64,000 bases of DNA from Candidatus Latescibacterota bacterium (GCA_965248355.1 OZ252098.1:5408001-5472000); one strand, 5' to 3'; counted from the stretch's first letter, positions 43,819-55,045 are shown. A program made the numbers and translations. Notes: a model not told the origin generated them from the letters alone.

Positions 43819-46800
43819 TCACCCCTCCCGCGTCCCCGCCACCGCGGACCGTCCCACCCTCCGCAGCAGCTCCCGCAGGTCGTCGAAGAACGTGTAGCAC
43901 AGGGGCACGATGACGAGGGTGAGCACCATCGAGGCCAGGAGGCCGCCCATCATCGTGCGGCCCAGCGGCGCGTAGGGCATGCCGATCATGCGGGCGTTGC
44001 CCACGGCCATGGGCAGCAGGCCGAAGATGGTGGTGAAGGTGGTCATGAGAATCGGGCGGAAGCGGTGCCGGCCGGCCTCCATGAGGGCCTCGAAGCGGTC
44101 CAGGCCCTCGGCGCGCAGGCGGTTGGCCAGGTCGATGAGGACGATGGCGTTGTTGACGACCACGCCCACGAGGATGACGGTGCCGATGCCGCTGAGCATG
44201 TCGAAGGGCGTGTTCGTGAGGTACAGGGTCCAGAAGACCCCGAGGAAGGAGAAGGGGATGGCCACGATCACCGAGAGGGGCAGCACGAAGGACTCGAAGA
44301 GCACGCCCATGAGCAGGAAGACGAAGGTCACGGACAGCACGAGGGCGAAGAGGCGGCTCTCCTCCTGTTGCTGCAGGCGCTGGTAGCGGTCGCCTTGGTC
44401 CCAGCGGTAGCCGCGGGGCATCTCGAAGCCGGCCATGGCCGCGTCCACCTCTTCGAAGAGGGTCCCGGCGCCGGCCTCGGTGGCGGTGGCGGTCACGGCG
44501 AGGACGGTCTGCCGGTCCTCGCGCCGGATGCCGCCCAGGCCCGCCGCCACCCGCAGCCGGGCGAGAGCCTCCAGGGGGATCTCGCTGCCCCCGGGGGCGC
44601 GGAAGGTCAGGTTGCGGAGCTGGTGCAGGCTGCGGCGGTCGGCCTCGCGGAGCTGGAAGAACACGCTCACCTCGCGTCCGTCGTCGGTGCGCATCTTGGT
44701 CAGCTCCCGGCCGCGCAGGGCGTAGGAGATGTTGCCGGAGATCGCCCGCGGGTCGAGGCCGTAGCGGCGCACCTGGGCGCGGTCGAGGCGCACCTGCAGC
44801 TCGGTGCCGCCGCGGTCCACGTCGGTCTGCACCGACAGCAGGCCGGGGATCCCCTCCAGGCGGCGCTCCACCTCCCTCGACAGTTCCACGAGGTGGTCGG
44901 TGTCGCGGCCGTAGAGGTTGACGGAGACCGCCGCGTCGTCGCCCCCGCCGTCGCGCCAGTTGATGCGCATCTCGAAGCCGGGAGGCATCAGCAGGCGCTT
45001 CTTCATGTCCTCCAGGGTCTCCCCGTATTCCATGTGCGGCGCCTGCCGCAGGCCGGCCGACTCGAGCAGGTCGTTCCAGGCCACGGCGTACCAGTCGTTG
45101 GACTCCTCCTCCTCCAGGATCACGTGGACGCGGCCGGAGCTGTTGCTCGACCAGGTCTCGAGCAGGCGGATGCCGTAGGTCTCGCGGTGGCTCAGCAGGG
45201 TGTCCTCCACGCCGGCGATGAAGCGGTCCGCCGCCTCGATCGTCTGTCCCTCGGGCATCCGGAAGGCGAGCCAGATGTCCTTCTGGTTGCGGCTGCCGCC
45301 GTCGGTGCGCTCCAGGGCCTTCATGGGGATCTGCATGCTGGCCATGGCGGCGAGCACGATCAGCGTCGTGTCCAGGCGGTGGGTGAGCACCCAGGCCAGC
45401 ACCCGCCCGTAGGCGGCGCGGCCCCTCGCGATGATGGGCGGGTCGGCGCCGCTGCCCGAGGTGCCGATGCGCTGCGCCGCCAGGGGGATGATGAGCAGGG
45501 CGATGGCCAGCGACGCCAGCAGGCCGACGATGACGGGCCCGCCCAGGCGCAGCATGATGAAGGCGAACTCCTCATCGCCGCTCATCAGGATCAGGGGCAG
45601 GAAGACGACCACCGTGGTCAGGGTGGCCATGGTCACCGCCAGCCCCACCTCGCCGGCGCCGCGGATCGACGCCTCCCGCGGCCCGGCGCCCTCCTGCCGC
45701 CGCCGGTGGATGTTCTCGACGATGACGATGGCGTTGTCCACCACCAGGCCGAGGCTGAGCATGAGCCCCATCATGGTGATCAGGTTCAGGCTCCACCCCA
45801 TGAAGTAGATGGTGGCCACCGTGGCCAGCACCGACAGGGGGATGGCGAGGGTGATGATCAGGGTCATGCGCACGGCGCGCAGGAAGAACAGGAGCACGAG
45901 GGCGGCGAACAGTCCGCCCCACAGGCCGGTGGCCTTGAGGTTGTCCACCGACTCCACGATGTGCTCCCCCTGGTCCCAGAACACCTCGAAGTCGACGCCC
46001 TGCAGGTGGGGGCGCTGCTGCAGCTCCGCCAGCCGGGCGCGCACGCCGCGGGAGATCTCCACGAGGTTGCCCCCCGAGGCCTTCATCACCTCGATCCCGA
46101 GGGCCGGGCGTCCGTCGATGCGGCTGAACCACTCCTGGGGCGGCGGCTTGAAGGCCACCTCGGCCACGTCCCCGAGGCGCAGTCCGTGCTCTTCGTCGAC
46201 CATGAGCCGCCGCACCTCGTCGAGGGACTCGAAGCGCCCCAGGGAGCGCACGTGGAGCCGGCGCCCCCCTTCCAGCACGCGGCCCCCGGGCAGGGCGAAG
46301 TTGTGGGTCGCCAGGCGCCGGCCGACCTCGTACGGCTCGACGCCGTGGCCGCGCAGCCGCCCCTGGTCCAGCTCGATGCGCACCTGCCGCGCCGCCTCGC
46401 CCCGGACCTCGACGGTGCCCACGCCCTCGATGCGCTGCAGGGCGGGGCGCACGTGCACGTCCAGGACCTGGAAGGCGTCGACGAAGTCGCCCTCCAGGGA
46501 GGCGCCGATCCACATGACCGGCCAGTCGTCCTGGCTCCAGCGCAGCACCTGGACCCGCTCGATCTCCTCCGGCAGCTCCGGCATGGCCCGGTCGATGCGG
46601 TCGCGCAGGTCGGCGTAGGCCTCGTGCATGTCGGTGCCCGGCTGGAACTGCACGTTGGCCCAGCCGCCCCCCCGGTTGGCGCCGCTGATCACCCGGGCCA
46701 CGCGCGGCACCGTGGCGATCGCCTCCTCCAGGGGGCGGGTCACCTCGCGCTCCACCTCGGCGGGGCTGGCGTCCGCGTACCCGGCCCGCACGTAGAGCCG

Positions 46801-46947
46801 GTCCCCCTCCAGGCCGCCGGGAACCAGGTCGAGGGGGATGCGGGTGTAGGCCACGGCGCCGACCACGAGCAGGGCCGCCAGGGCCATGACCACGGTCACC
46901 GGCCGGTCGAGGCTGAGACGGGGCAGCAGGTAGCGGGGCTCGTTCAC
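43819..46947 (-). CDS. RND efflux permease (AcrB/AcrD/AcrF family), second subunit
   Basis: 'DRPVTVVM', 'AIPLS', 'LGLVVDNAIVIVENI', 'TLTTVVVFLP', 'GVVVNNAIVLID', 'RFRPILMTT'; GTGA overlap with the upstream permease. Confidence 0.95.
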   Translation of the reverse strand: MNEPRYLLPRLSLDRPVTVVMALAALLVVGAVAYTRIPLDLVPGGLEGDRLYVRAGYADASPAEVEREVTRPLEEAIATVPRVARVISGANRGGGWANVQFQPGTDMHEAYADLRDRIDRAMPELPEEIERVQVLRWSQDDWPVMWIGASLEGDFVDAFQVLDVHVRPALQRIEGVGTVEVRGEAARQVRIELDQGRLRGHGVEPYEVGRRLATHNFALPGGRVLEGGRRLHVRSLGRFESLDEVRRLMVDEEHGLRLGDVAEVAFKPPPQEWFSRIDGRPALGIEVMKASGGNLVEISRGVRARLAELQQRPHLQGVDFEVFWDQGEHIVESVDNLKATGLWGGLFAALVLLFFLRAVRMTLIITLAIPLSVLATVATIYFMGWSLNLITMMGLMLSLGLVVDNAIVIVENIHRRRQEGAGPREASIRGAGEVGLAVTMATLTTVVVFLPLILMSGDEEFAFIMLRLGGPVIVGLLASLAIALLIIPLAAQRIGTSGSGADPPIIARGRAAYGRVLAWVLTHRLDTTLIVLAAMASMQIPMKALERTDGGSRNQKDIWLAFRMPEGQTIEAADRFIAGVEDTLLSHRETYGIRLLETWSSNSSGRVHVILEEEESNDWYAVAWNDLLESAGLRQAPHMEYGETLEDMKKRLLMPPGFEMRINWRDGGGDDAAVSVNLYGRDTDHLVELSREVERRLEGIPGLLSVQTDVDRGGTELQVRLDRAQVRRYGLDPRAISGNISYALRGRELTKMRTDDGREVSVFFQLREADRRSLHQLRNLTFRAPGGSEIPLEALARLRVAAGLGGIRREDRQTVLAVTATATEAGAGTLFEEVDAAMAGFEMPRGYRWDQGDRYQRLQQQEESRLFALVLSVTFVFLLMGVLFESFVLPLSVIVAIPFSFLGVFWTLYLTNTPFDMLSGIGTVILVGVVVNNAIVLIDLANRLRAEGLDRFEALMEAGRHRFRPILMTTFTTIFGLLPMAVGNARMIGMPYAPLGRTMMGGLLASMVLTLVIVPLCYTFFDDLRELLRRVGRSAVAGTREG

Positions 46948-49900
46948 CCGGGCTCTCCGGACCTGTCCCGGCCCGCCGCGAGGGAGTAGACCGCCGGGAT
47001 CACCACGAGGGTGAGGAAGGTGGAGCTGATCAGCCCGGCGATGACGGTGACCGCCATGGGCGTGCGGATCTCGGCGCCGTCCCCGAGGCCGAGGGCCATG
47101 GGCAGCAGGCCGAGGACGGTGGTGGAGGTGGTCATGAGAATCGGGCGCAGGCGCACGGCCCCGGCGCGTACGATCGCCTCGCCGGCGGCCAGCCCGGAGC
47201 GCCGCAGGCGGTTGATGTAGTCCACCAGGACGATGGCGTTGTTGACGACGATGCCGGCGAGCATGATGAAGCCGATGAAGACGACGACGCTCAGGGGCGT
47301 GTCGAGGAGGTGGAGGGCGATGACGGCGCCGGTCGCCGCCAAGGGCACGGTGAAGAGGATGACGAAGGGGTGCACGAGGGACTCGAACTGGCCGGCCATG
47401 ACGATGTAGACCAGGAAGACGGCCAGTCCGAGGGCGAAGAGCAGGCTCTGCAGGGAGCGCTCCATCTCGGTGCTCTGACCGCTCACCAGGAAGGTGAATC
47501 CCGGCGGGAAGGCCATGGCCCCCAGGGCGGTGCGGATGGCCCCGGCCGCCGAGCCCAGGTCCAGGCCCTCCACGTTGGCCGTCACCAGGGCGGCCCGCTG
47601 CTGGTCGATGCGGCGGATCTCGCTCGGCCCCTCGGCGATGCGGATCCCGGCCACCGAGCCGAGCCGGATCGGCACCTCGCCCCCGGGGTTGACCACCAGG
47701 CGCTCGAGCTCGTCCACGCCGAGGCGGTCCTCCTCGCGCAGCCGCACGAGGACGTCGATGCTGCGCTCGTCGCGTCTCAACCCCGTGGCCACGCGGCCCT
47801 GCACCTTGTGGCGCACCAGCTCGGCCACGGCCCGCAGGTCGAGGCCGTAGCTCGACAGCCGGTCGCGGTCGTAGAGGATCTGCAGCTCCGGGTGGCCGGT
47901 CTGCAGGCTCGAGCGCACGTCGGCCAGGCCGGGCAGGCCCGACAGGGCGCCCACGGTCTCGGCGCTCAGGCGGCGCAGCCCGCGCAGGTCCTCGCCCCGG
48001 ATCTCGACCTCCACGGGCGTCCGCAGGCTGAACAGGGAGGGGAAGGAGATCTCGGTCTCCACCTCCGGGAGGCGCCGCAGCCGGCCGCGCAGGTCCTCGA
48101 TGAGGCGGTCCTCGGCGGCCGGGCCCACCTCCGGCGCCAGGTACACGGCCACCCGGGCCACGTGCTCTCCCTCCTCCGTCGTGGCCGCGGCCGCGCGGTC
48201 CGAGCCGGCGGTGGTGGCGGCGCGCTCCACCCCGGGCCGCGCCAGGGCGATGGCCTCCACCTCGGCGGCGGCTGCCGCCGTGCGCTGAAGCGGGGTGCCC
48301 ACCGGCATGGTCAGCTCGACGCGGAACTCCCCCTGGTGGATGGGCGGGATCAGCTCCGTGCCCAGGGCCGGCAGCAGCTGCGTCCAGCAGGCCCAGAAGG
48401 CCAGCGCCGCGGCGCCCAGGACGACGGCCCGCCGGCGCAGGGCGGCGGCGAGCACGCCGGGGTAGGTCCGCCGCGCCAGCTCCAGGCCGCCCCTCAGCAG
48501 GGCGAGCAACGGCGCCGCCGGCGCCGCGGCCAGGGCCGCCAGCACGAGGACCGCCGAGGCCAGCACCGCCGCCAGCAGGAACACGGTCAGCAGCACGCTG
48601 CGGACCAGGCAGAGGACGTCGTGCACCAGGAAGCGCACCAGGAGCCAGGCGGTCAGGGGCGCGCCGGCCAGGGCCCACACCGCGCCCCTGATCACGGCGC
48701 TCCCGGGCCCGCGGGCCCGGACCCATCCCGTCCAGAGGCCCCAGTCCCGGGCCAGGGCCTGCAGCGCCCCGTTGTCCAGCAGCCCGGGCCAGACCGAGTC
48801 GGGGAAGCCGCGCACCGGCGGCGGCCCCGCCGCCCACCCGGCCACGCGCCGGTGGGAGAGCCGTGCCGGCCGCCGCCTCGCAGCCAGCCACACCAGGGGC
48901 CAAAGGACCTGGAACAGGATCAGGCCCGCGCTCTGCAGGACCGCCCACAAGACCGCGGCCAGGGCCAGGACCACGCGCGCCGCCAGGTCCCGCAGCAGCA
49001 ACGGCAGGACGAGAGCCGCCTCGCGCAGACGGGCGCCCGCGGCCGGCCCGGGGCCCAGGGCGCGGCGCATGCTCTCACCGGCGGGCAGCCGCAGGAAGGA
49101 GGACTCCGGGGGCAGGCCCGGGAGACCGGCGCTGCGCGAGGCCAGCATGGGGATGAACCAGAGGGCCACCGCCAGCGAGGCGAGCAGGGAGAACACGACC
49201 GTGAGGGCCATGTCGCCGAAGATCTGGCCGGCCACGCCCTCGACGAAGACGATGGGGAAGAACACGGCCACCGTGGTCAGGGTGGAGGCGCACACGGCGC
49301 TGCTCACGGCGGCGGTGCCTCGCACCGTGGCGGTGACCGGATCGTCGCCCTCCTCGCGGCAGCGGAAGATGCTCTCCAGAACGACGATGGAGTTGTCCAC
49401 GAGCATGCCCACCCCGAGGGCGAGCCCGCCGAGGGACATGATGTTGAGGGAGACGTCGAAGAGGTACATGGGGGCGAAGGTGGCCACCACCGAGACCGGG
49501 ATGGTGACCGCCACGATGAGGGTGTGGACCACGTTGCGCAGGAAGACGAGGAGCACGAGCCCGGCGATGGCGCCGCCCAGGAGGACGTTCTTGCGGACCT
49601 CGGCGATGGAGCTCTCGATGAAGGCGGACCGGTCCGAGAGCACGTCGAGCCCCACCCCGGCCGGCAGGCGGTGGGCGACGAAGTCGGTCATGCGCTGCTC
49701 GGTGAGGGTGCGCACGGCCGCCGCCTTGCGCCGAGCCTCCGGGTCCTTGCCGGCGCCGGCCTCGGGGGATTCCGCCGCGGCGCTGTCCCGCGACGCCACC
49801 CAGGCCAGCTGCTCTTCGGTGCCGAGCAGGCGGTCCCGCACCGAGCGCGCCACGGCGACGATGTTGGCCCCGGCCTCCTTGTAGATCTCCAGGTCGACGC

Positions 49901-50783
49901 TCTCGCGGCCGTTGACGCGGGTGAGGATCTCCCGGTCCTTGTGCGAGGCCTCCACCCGGGCGATGTCCCGCAGGCGGATCTCGGCCCCGCCGTGGCGGGC
50001 GACGACCAGGTCCTCGATCTCGGCCACCGACCCCAGCTCGTTCAGGGTGCGCACCAGGTACTCCGTGCCGCCCTCCCTCAGACGGCCTCCCGGCAGGTTG
50101 ACGTCGGCCTCGGCCAGCCGCCGCTCGACGTCGGCCACGTCCAGTCCGAGCAGGGCGATCCGGCGCTCCCGCAGGGCCACGTGGATCTCCTGCTCCAGGC
50201 CGCCCCGGACCTTGACGGCGGCCACCCCCGGGATCGACTCCAGCTCGCGCCGGATCTCCTCCTCGGCCAGCTCGCGCAGCTGGTAGAGTCCCTGACCGCC
50301 GGACAACCCGATCCGCAGGACGGGCTCGAGAGAGGGGTCGTAGCGCAGCAGCAGCGGCTTGCCGGCCTCCTCCGGGAGCCAGGTGCGGTCCACCTTCTCC
50401 CGGATATCGGCCGCCGCCTCGTTCATGTCGGTATCCCACTCGAACTCGAGGACCACGTCCGACTGCCCGGCCTTGCTCACCGAGCGGATGGCGACCAGCC
50501 GCGGCAGGATCCCCAGCTCGCGCTCCAGGGGCCGGGAGATCAGCCTCTCCACCTCCTCCGGGGCGCTGCCCGGATACCTGGTGCGCACCGTCAGCGCCGG
50601 ATGGGCGATGTCCGGCATCAGCTCGAGGGAGAGGCGCTGGTAGGAGACCCAGCCGAAGACGCAGACGGCCATGACCACCATCAGGATGGCCACGGGACGG
50701 CGGGTGGTGATGGCGAAGAGGGAGGCCGGGCCCCCGGCCCCGGAGGCGGCCGGACCGCCGGCCGGGGGGCTTCCGGTGGTCAT
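46944..50783 (-). CDS. RND efflux permease (AcrB/AcrD/AcrF family), first subunit, with a large insertion
   Basis: 'RRPVAILM', 'YPGSAPEEVE', 'GMLVDNSIVVLE', 'GIVVNNAIVLVD', 'RLRPILMTT'; 1279 aa. Confidence 0.95.
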   Translation of the reverse strand: MTTGSPPAGGPAASGAGGPASLFAITTRRPVAILMVVMAVCVFGWVSYQRLSLELMPDIAHPALTVRTRYPGSAPEEVERLISRPLERELGILPRLVAIRSVSKAGQSDVVLEFEWDTDMNEAAADIREKVDRTWLPEEAGKPLLLRYDPSLEPVLRIGLSGGQGLYQLRELAEEEIRRELESIPGVAAVKVRGGLEQEIHVALRERRIALLGLDVADVERRLAEADVNLPGGRLREGGTEYLVRTLNELGSVAEIEDLVVARHGGAEIRLRDIARVEASHKDREILTRVNGRESVDLEIYKEAGANIVAVARSVRDRLLGTEEQLAWVASRDSAAAESPEAGAGKDPEARRKAAAVRTLTEQRMTDFVAHRLPAGVGLDVLSDRSAFIESSIAEVRKNVLLGGAIAGLVLLVFLRNVVHTLIVAVTIPVSVVATFAPMYLFDVSLNIMSLGGLALGVGMLVDNSIVVLESIFRCREEGDDPVTATVRGTAAVSSAVCASTLTTVAVFFPIVFVEGVAGQIFGDMALTVVFSLLASLAVALWFIPMLASRSAGLPGLPPESSFLRLPAGESMRRALGPGPAAGARLREAALVLPLLLRDLAARVVLALAAVLWAVLQSAGLILFQVLWPLVWLAARRRPARLSHRRVAGWAAGPPPVRGFPDSVWPGLLDNGALQALARDWGLWTGWVRARGPGSAVIRGAVWALAGAPLTAWLLVRFLVHDVLCLVRSVLLTVFLLAAVLASAVLVLAALAAAPAAPLLALLRGGLELARRTYPGVLAAALRRRAVVLGAAALAFWACWTQLLPALGTELIPPIHQGEFRVELTMPVGTPLQRTAAAAAEVEAIALARPGVERAATTAGSDRAAAATTEEGEHVARVAVYLAPEVGPAAEDRLIEDLRGRLRRLPEVETEISFPSLFSLRTPVEVEIRGEDLRGLRRLSAETVGALSGLPGLADVRSSLQTGHPELQILYDRDRLSSYGLDLRAVAELVRHKVQGRVATGLRRDERSIDVLVRLREEDRLGVDELERLVVNPGGEVPIRLGSVAGIRIAEGPSEIRRIDQQRAALVTANVEGLDLGSAAGAIRTALGAMAFPPGFTFLVSGQSTEMERSLQSLLFALGLAVFLVYIVMAGQFESLVHPFVILFTVPLAATGAVIALHLLDTPLSVVVFIGFIMLAGIVVNNAIVLVDYINRLRRSGLAAGEAIVRAGAVRLRPILMTTSTTVLGLLPMALGLGDGAEIRTPMAVTVIAGLISSTFLTLVVIPAVYSLAAGRDRSGEPG

Positions 50784-51907
50784 CCCGCGGGCGGGGCGGA
50801 GCGGTTGACGACCTTGACGCGGGCCAGGTCCCGGAGCCCCTTCTGACCGACGACGATGACGTCGGCGTCGACCGGCAGCCCCGAGAGGGCCTCGACGAAC
50901 TCGGCGTTCTCGTAGCCGGCGTCGAGGCGCCGCCGCCGCGCCGTGCCGTCGACGACGACGAAGACGAAGCGCTCGTCGCCCTCGTAGACGACGGCCTCCT
51001 TGGGCACCAGCACCGCCTGCGGGTGGGTGCCGGTGACGACCCGCACGGTGACGAAGAGGCCGGGCCGCAGGTTCCGCCAGGGGTCCTGCACGCCCACGGT
51101 GACCTTGAAGGTGCCGGACCGGGGATCGACGACGGGGCTGATCCGCTTCACGAACGCCGGGCAGTCCACGTCGTCCAGGAAGTCGCTGGAGACCGTGGCC
51201 GCCTGGCCGGTCTGCACCTGCAGCAGGTAGCGCCCGGGCACGTGCACGCGGGCGATCATGTGGTCGAGCTTGACCAGGTCGAAGAGCTTGGAGGCCGGTC
51301 CCACGCGGGCCCCGGTCTGGACCTCGCGGGAGGTGATGACCCCGGAGAAGGGGGCGCGGATCTCGGTGTGAGCCAGGGCCAGGCCGGCCCGTTCCCGGCG
51401 CAGGCGGGACCGCTCCAGCTCGAACTGCTGGTCCTCGTACTCCTGGGTCGAGATCAGGCCGCGGCTGAACATCTCCTCGGTGCGGCCGAAGGAGCCCTCG
51501 AGCTGGCGCAGGTTCACCTCGCTCTCGCGGTCCTCGAGCCCGGCCTGCTCGGAGTCGAGGCGGACCAGCAGCTCGCCCGCGGCCACCTGGTCGCCCTCCT
51601 CCACGGCGACCTCCTCGACGCGGCCGCTGACCTCGGGGTGGATCTCGACGGCGTCCTCGGTCTCGATGGTGGAGCTGAAGACCAGGGCGGCGGAGATGTC
51701 GCCGCGCACCGTGGTCCGGGTCTGCACCGGCACCGCCCCGGCAGCGGCGGAGTCGGCCCGGGCGGAGTCGGCGGCCGCCTGCTCCGGGCCGTCCGGGGCC
51801 TCGCCGGCGTCCTGGGCGCCGCCGAGGGGGCCGCAGCCGGCCAGGGCCGCGAGGAGGATCGCCACAAGGGCCCGGGAAAGTTGTCTATGTTGTTGGAAAC
51901 AATACAT
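50780..51907 (-). CDS. RND periplasmic adaptor (membrane fusion) lipoprotein
   Basis: Lipobox 'ALAGC'; 'VEEGDQV', 'IRAPFSGVI', 'ISPVVDPRSGTFKV', 'LRPGLF', 'VPKEAV'. Start is ATG 51907 or TTG 51940. Confidence 0.92.
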   Translation of the reverse strand: MYCFQQHRQLSRALVAILLAALAGCGPLGGAQDAGEAPDGPEQAAADSARADSAAAGAVPVQTRTTVRGDISAALVFSSTIETEDAVEIHPEVSGRVEEVAVEEGDQVAAGELLVRLDSEQAGLEDRESEVNLRQLEGSFGRTEEMFSRGLISTQEYEDQQFELERSRLRRERAGLALAHTEIRAPFSGVITSREVQTGARVGPASKLFDLVKLDHMIARVHVPGRYLLQVQTGQAATVSSDFLDDVDCPAFVKRISPVVDPRSGTFKVTVGVQDPWRNLRPGLFVTVRVVTGTHPQAVLVPKEAVVYEGDERFVFVVVDGTARRRRLDAGYENAEFVEALSGLPVDADVIVVGQKGLRDLARVKVVNRSAPPAG

Positions 51908-51983
51908 TACGGAACGATTCGCAGGGCGAGTGTGCCGCAAATCGGAGACTCTGTCAAGGCCATCCCGCAGGAGGTCGCTCCAA

Positions 51984-52430
51984 ATGAGCTATGAGGAGAT
52001 CAACAACGAGGAGGCCGCGTCCCGGCTCGACGCCGGCGACGGGCACGTATACGTGGACGTGCGCTCGGTTCCGGAGTTCCAGGACGGGCACCCCGCCGGC
52101 GCCGTGAACGTCCCCGTCATGCACCGCCAGGCCCTGGGCATGGTGCCCAACGCCGATTTCCTCTCCGTCATGGAGGCCCGCTTCCCGCGCGACGCCAAGC
52201 TGCTCGTCGGCTGCCTGAGCGGCCAGCGCTCGGCCGCCGCCGCCGGGATCCTGGGGGCCGCCGGGTTCACCGGCGTGAGCAACGTCAAGGGGGGGTACGG
52301 CGGCCTGCGCGCGCCTTCGGGGGAGAGCCTGGAGAAGGGCTGGGCGGAGCTCGGACTGCCCACCGGCTCCGGGGACCCGGAGGGGCGCTGCTACGCCTCG
52401 CTGGCCGGGGACGAGGGAAGCGGCCCATGA
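51984..52430 (+). CDS. Rhodanese-like domain protein
   Basis: AGGAGG RBS; 'YVDVRSVPEFQDGHPAGAVNVP', active-site 'GCLSGQRS', 'NVKGG'. Confidence 0.9.
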   Translation: MSYEEINNEEAASRLDAGDGHVYVDVRSVPEFQDGHPAGAVNVPVMHRQALGMVPNADFLSVMEARFPRDAKLLVGCLSGQRSAAAAGILGAAGFTGVSNVKGGYGGLRAPSGESLEKGWAELGLPTGSGDPEGRCYASLAGDEGSGP

Positions 52431-52936
52431 GCCACGTGCAGCACCGCCAGGAGGCCCCTGACGAGGTGGGCGTGGCGGTGATCACCGTCAGCGACAGCCG
52501 CAACCGGGACACCGACAAGAGCGGCCGGCTGATCCGGGAGCGCCTGATCGGCGCCGGCCACAAGATCGTGCACTACGCCATCGTCAAGGACACGGCCCGG
52601 CAGATCAAGGGCGAGCTGGCCATGGCCATCGAAAGGGGCGGATGCCAGGCCCTGATCCTCAACGGCGGCACCGGCATCGCGCCCCGGGACAACACCTTCG
52701 AGGTCGTGGACGGCATGCTCCAGAAGCGGCTGCCCGGGTTCGGCGAGATCTTCCGCTCCCTGTCCTTCAAGGAGATCGGGTCGGCGGCCATCATGTCCCG
52801 CGCCGCGGCCGGCACCTACCGGGGGCGGATCCTGATCTCCCTGCCCGGCTCCACCGCGGCCGTGCGCCTGGCCATGGACGAGCTCATCCTGCCGGAGCTC
52901 GGGCACCTGGTCCACACCGTCTCGCCAAGACGTTGA
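52427..52936 (+). CDS. moaB: MoaB/MogA molybdenum cofactor biosynthesis protein
   Basis: 'VITVSDSR..DKSG', 'NGGTGIAPRDNT', 'LPGFGEIFR', 'AIMSRA', 'SLPGS'. Confidence 0.9.
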   Translation: MSHVQHRQEAPDEVGVAVITVSDSRNRDTDKSGRLIRERLIGAGHKIVHYAIVKDTARQIKGELAMAIERGGCQALILNGGTGIAPRDNTFEVVDGMLQKRLPGFGEIFRSLSFKEIGSAAIMSRAAAGTYRGRILISLPGSTAAVRLAMDELILPELGHLVHTVSPRR

Positions 52937-53580
52937 CCGGCGGCCTGAACCCGCTGTTCCAGGTCGGTCTCGACGTGCGCGGCCGCCGCTGCCTGGTCAT
53001 CGGCGGCGGGGCCGAGGCCGAGGGCAAGTCGGGCCGGCTGCTCGACGCCGGGGCGCGCCTCGCCGTCGTCAGCCCGGAGGCGACCGGGCCGCTGGAGGAC
53101 TGGCACGCCCGCGGCCGCCTGGAGCTGCGCCGGCGGCGCTACCGGGCCGGCGATCTCGACCAGGTCTTCCTGGTGATGAACACGGTGCGCAGCGATCAGG
53201 TCCTCTGCGGCGAAGTCTTCGCCGCCTGCCAGGCACGGGGCATCCTGGTCAATACCTACGACGACGCCCGCCGGTCCCACTTCGGCATGGGGGCCCTCGT
53301 GGCCGCCGGCCCCCTGCGCATCAGCATCAGCACCAGCAACGCCAGCCCGTCCCTGTCCAGCCGCCTGCGCCGGGATCTGGAGGGCCTCTTCGGTACGGAA
53401 TTCGCCGAGTACCTGACCGCCCTCGGCCAGGCCCGGGACCACGTGCGGCGCACCGTCCACGACTTCGAGCGACGGCGGCGGATCCTGCGCTCGCTGGTGG
53501 AGGGGGCGCGGCTGGAGGGGGCGGTGCGCCTGCCCGCCGACTGGCGCGAGCGGGTGCGGGCGATCCTGGAGGCGGAGTGA
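52933..53580 (+). CDS. Precorrin-2 dehydrogenase/sirohydrochlorin ferrochelatase (SirC/Met8/CysG N-terminal-like)
   Basis: 'LDVRGRRCLVIGGG..K..LLDAGA..VVSP', 'GILVNTYDD', 'GPLRISIST..SPSLS..LR'; TTG start overlaps the moaB stop. Confidence 0.85.
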   Translation: MTGGLNPLFQVGLDVRGRRCLVIGGGAEAEGKSGRLLDAGARLAVVSPEATGPLEDWHARGRLELRRRRYRAGDLDQVFLVMNTVRSDQVLCGEVFAACQARGILVNTYDDARRSHFGMGALVAAGPLRISISTSNASPSLSSRLRRDLEGLFGTEFAEYLTALGQARDHVRRTVHDFERRRRILRSLVEGARLEGAVRLPADWRERVRAILEAE

Positions 53581-53592
53581 GGCGCGACGAGG

Positions 53593-53949
53593 CTAGAGCT
53601 CGTCGTCGTCGTCCTCGTCGGGGTGGATGGAGAGCGGGAGGGGCGTCCCGCCGGGCTCGCGGGCCCGGTGCAGGGCCTCCTTGAGGAGGCGGCCGGGCTT
53701 GAAGTGGGTCTTGCGGCGGGCCGGGACGTAGATGATCTCGCCGGTGCGGGGGTTCCGGGCCGCCGGCTTGGGGCGGGTGTCCTTCACCTGGAAGACCCCG
53801 AAGCCGCGGATCTCGATGCGGTTGCCTTCGATCAGGCTGTCGCGCATGGCCACGAACAGGCTGTCCACCATCTTGGCGGCCAGGTTCTTCTTGCAGCCCG
53901 TGTTCTGGCTGACGAGAAGCGCCAGGTCCTTCTTGGTGATCGTGGACAA
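53593..53949 (-). CDS. HU/IHF family DNA-binding protein (IHF beta-like)
   Basis: 'TKKDL', 'RIEIRGFGVF', 'ARNPRTGE..VPARR..FKPG'; acidic tail. Start is TTG 53949 or ATG 53982. Confidence 0.92.
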   Translation of the reverse strand: MSTITKKDLALLVSQNTGCKKNLAAKMVDSLFVAMRDSLIEGNRIEIRGFGVFQVKDTRPKPAARNPRTGEIIYVPARRKTHFKPGRLLKEALHRAREPGGTPLPLSIHPDEDDDDEL

Positions 53950-54029
53950 GGGACCGCATTTTCCGGCGGCAGAGAGTGTCATCGGCAGGACGCAGACCTG
54001 AGGGGCGAAATGTGGCCTTAGTTATTGGT

Positions 54030-54042
54030 TATCAAGCGGTTG
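54030..54042 (+). promoter_or_regulatory. IHF consensus site upstream of the IHF/HU gene
   Basis: TATCAAGCGGTTG matches WATCAANNNNTTR exactly, with an AT-rich 5' flank. Confidence 0.55.
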
Positions 54043-54163
54043 CACAACATACTCCAGCCCCGGCGGGGATGTCAAGGAATTTCCGAGAGAAGCGCTTATT
54101 TTTTCAGGGAGTTAGACCAAGAAACGCCCGTCCCCGAGGCTCCGTGAGCAAGGGCGCCGCGCC

Positions 54164-55045
<882 letters not shown>

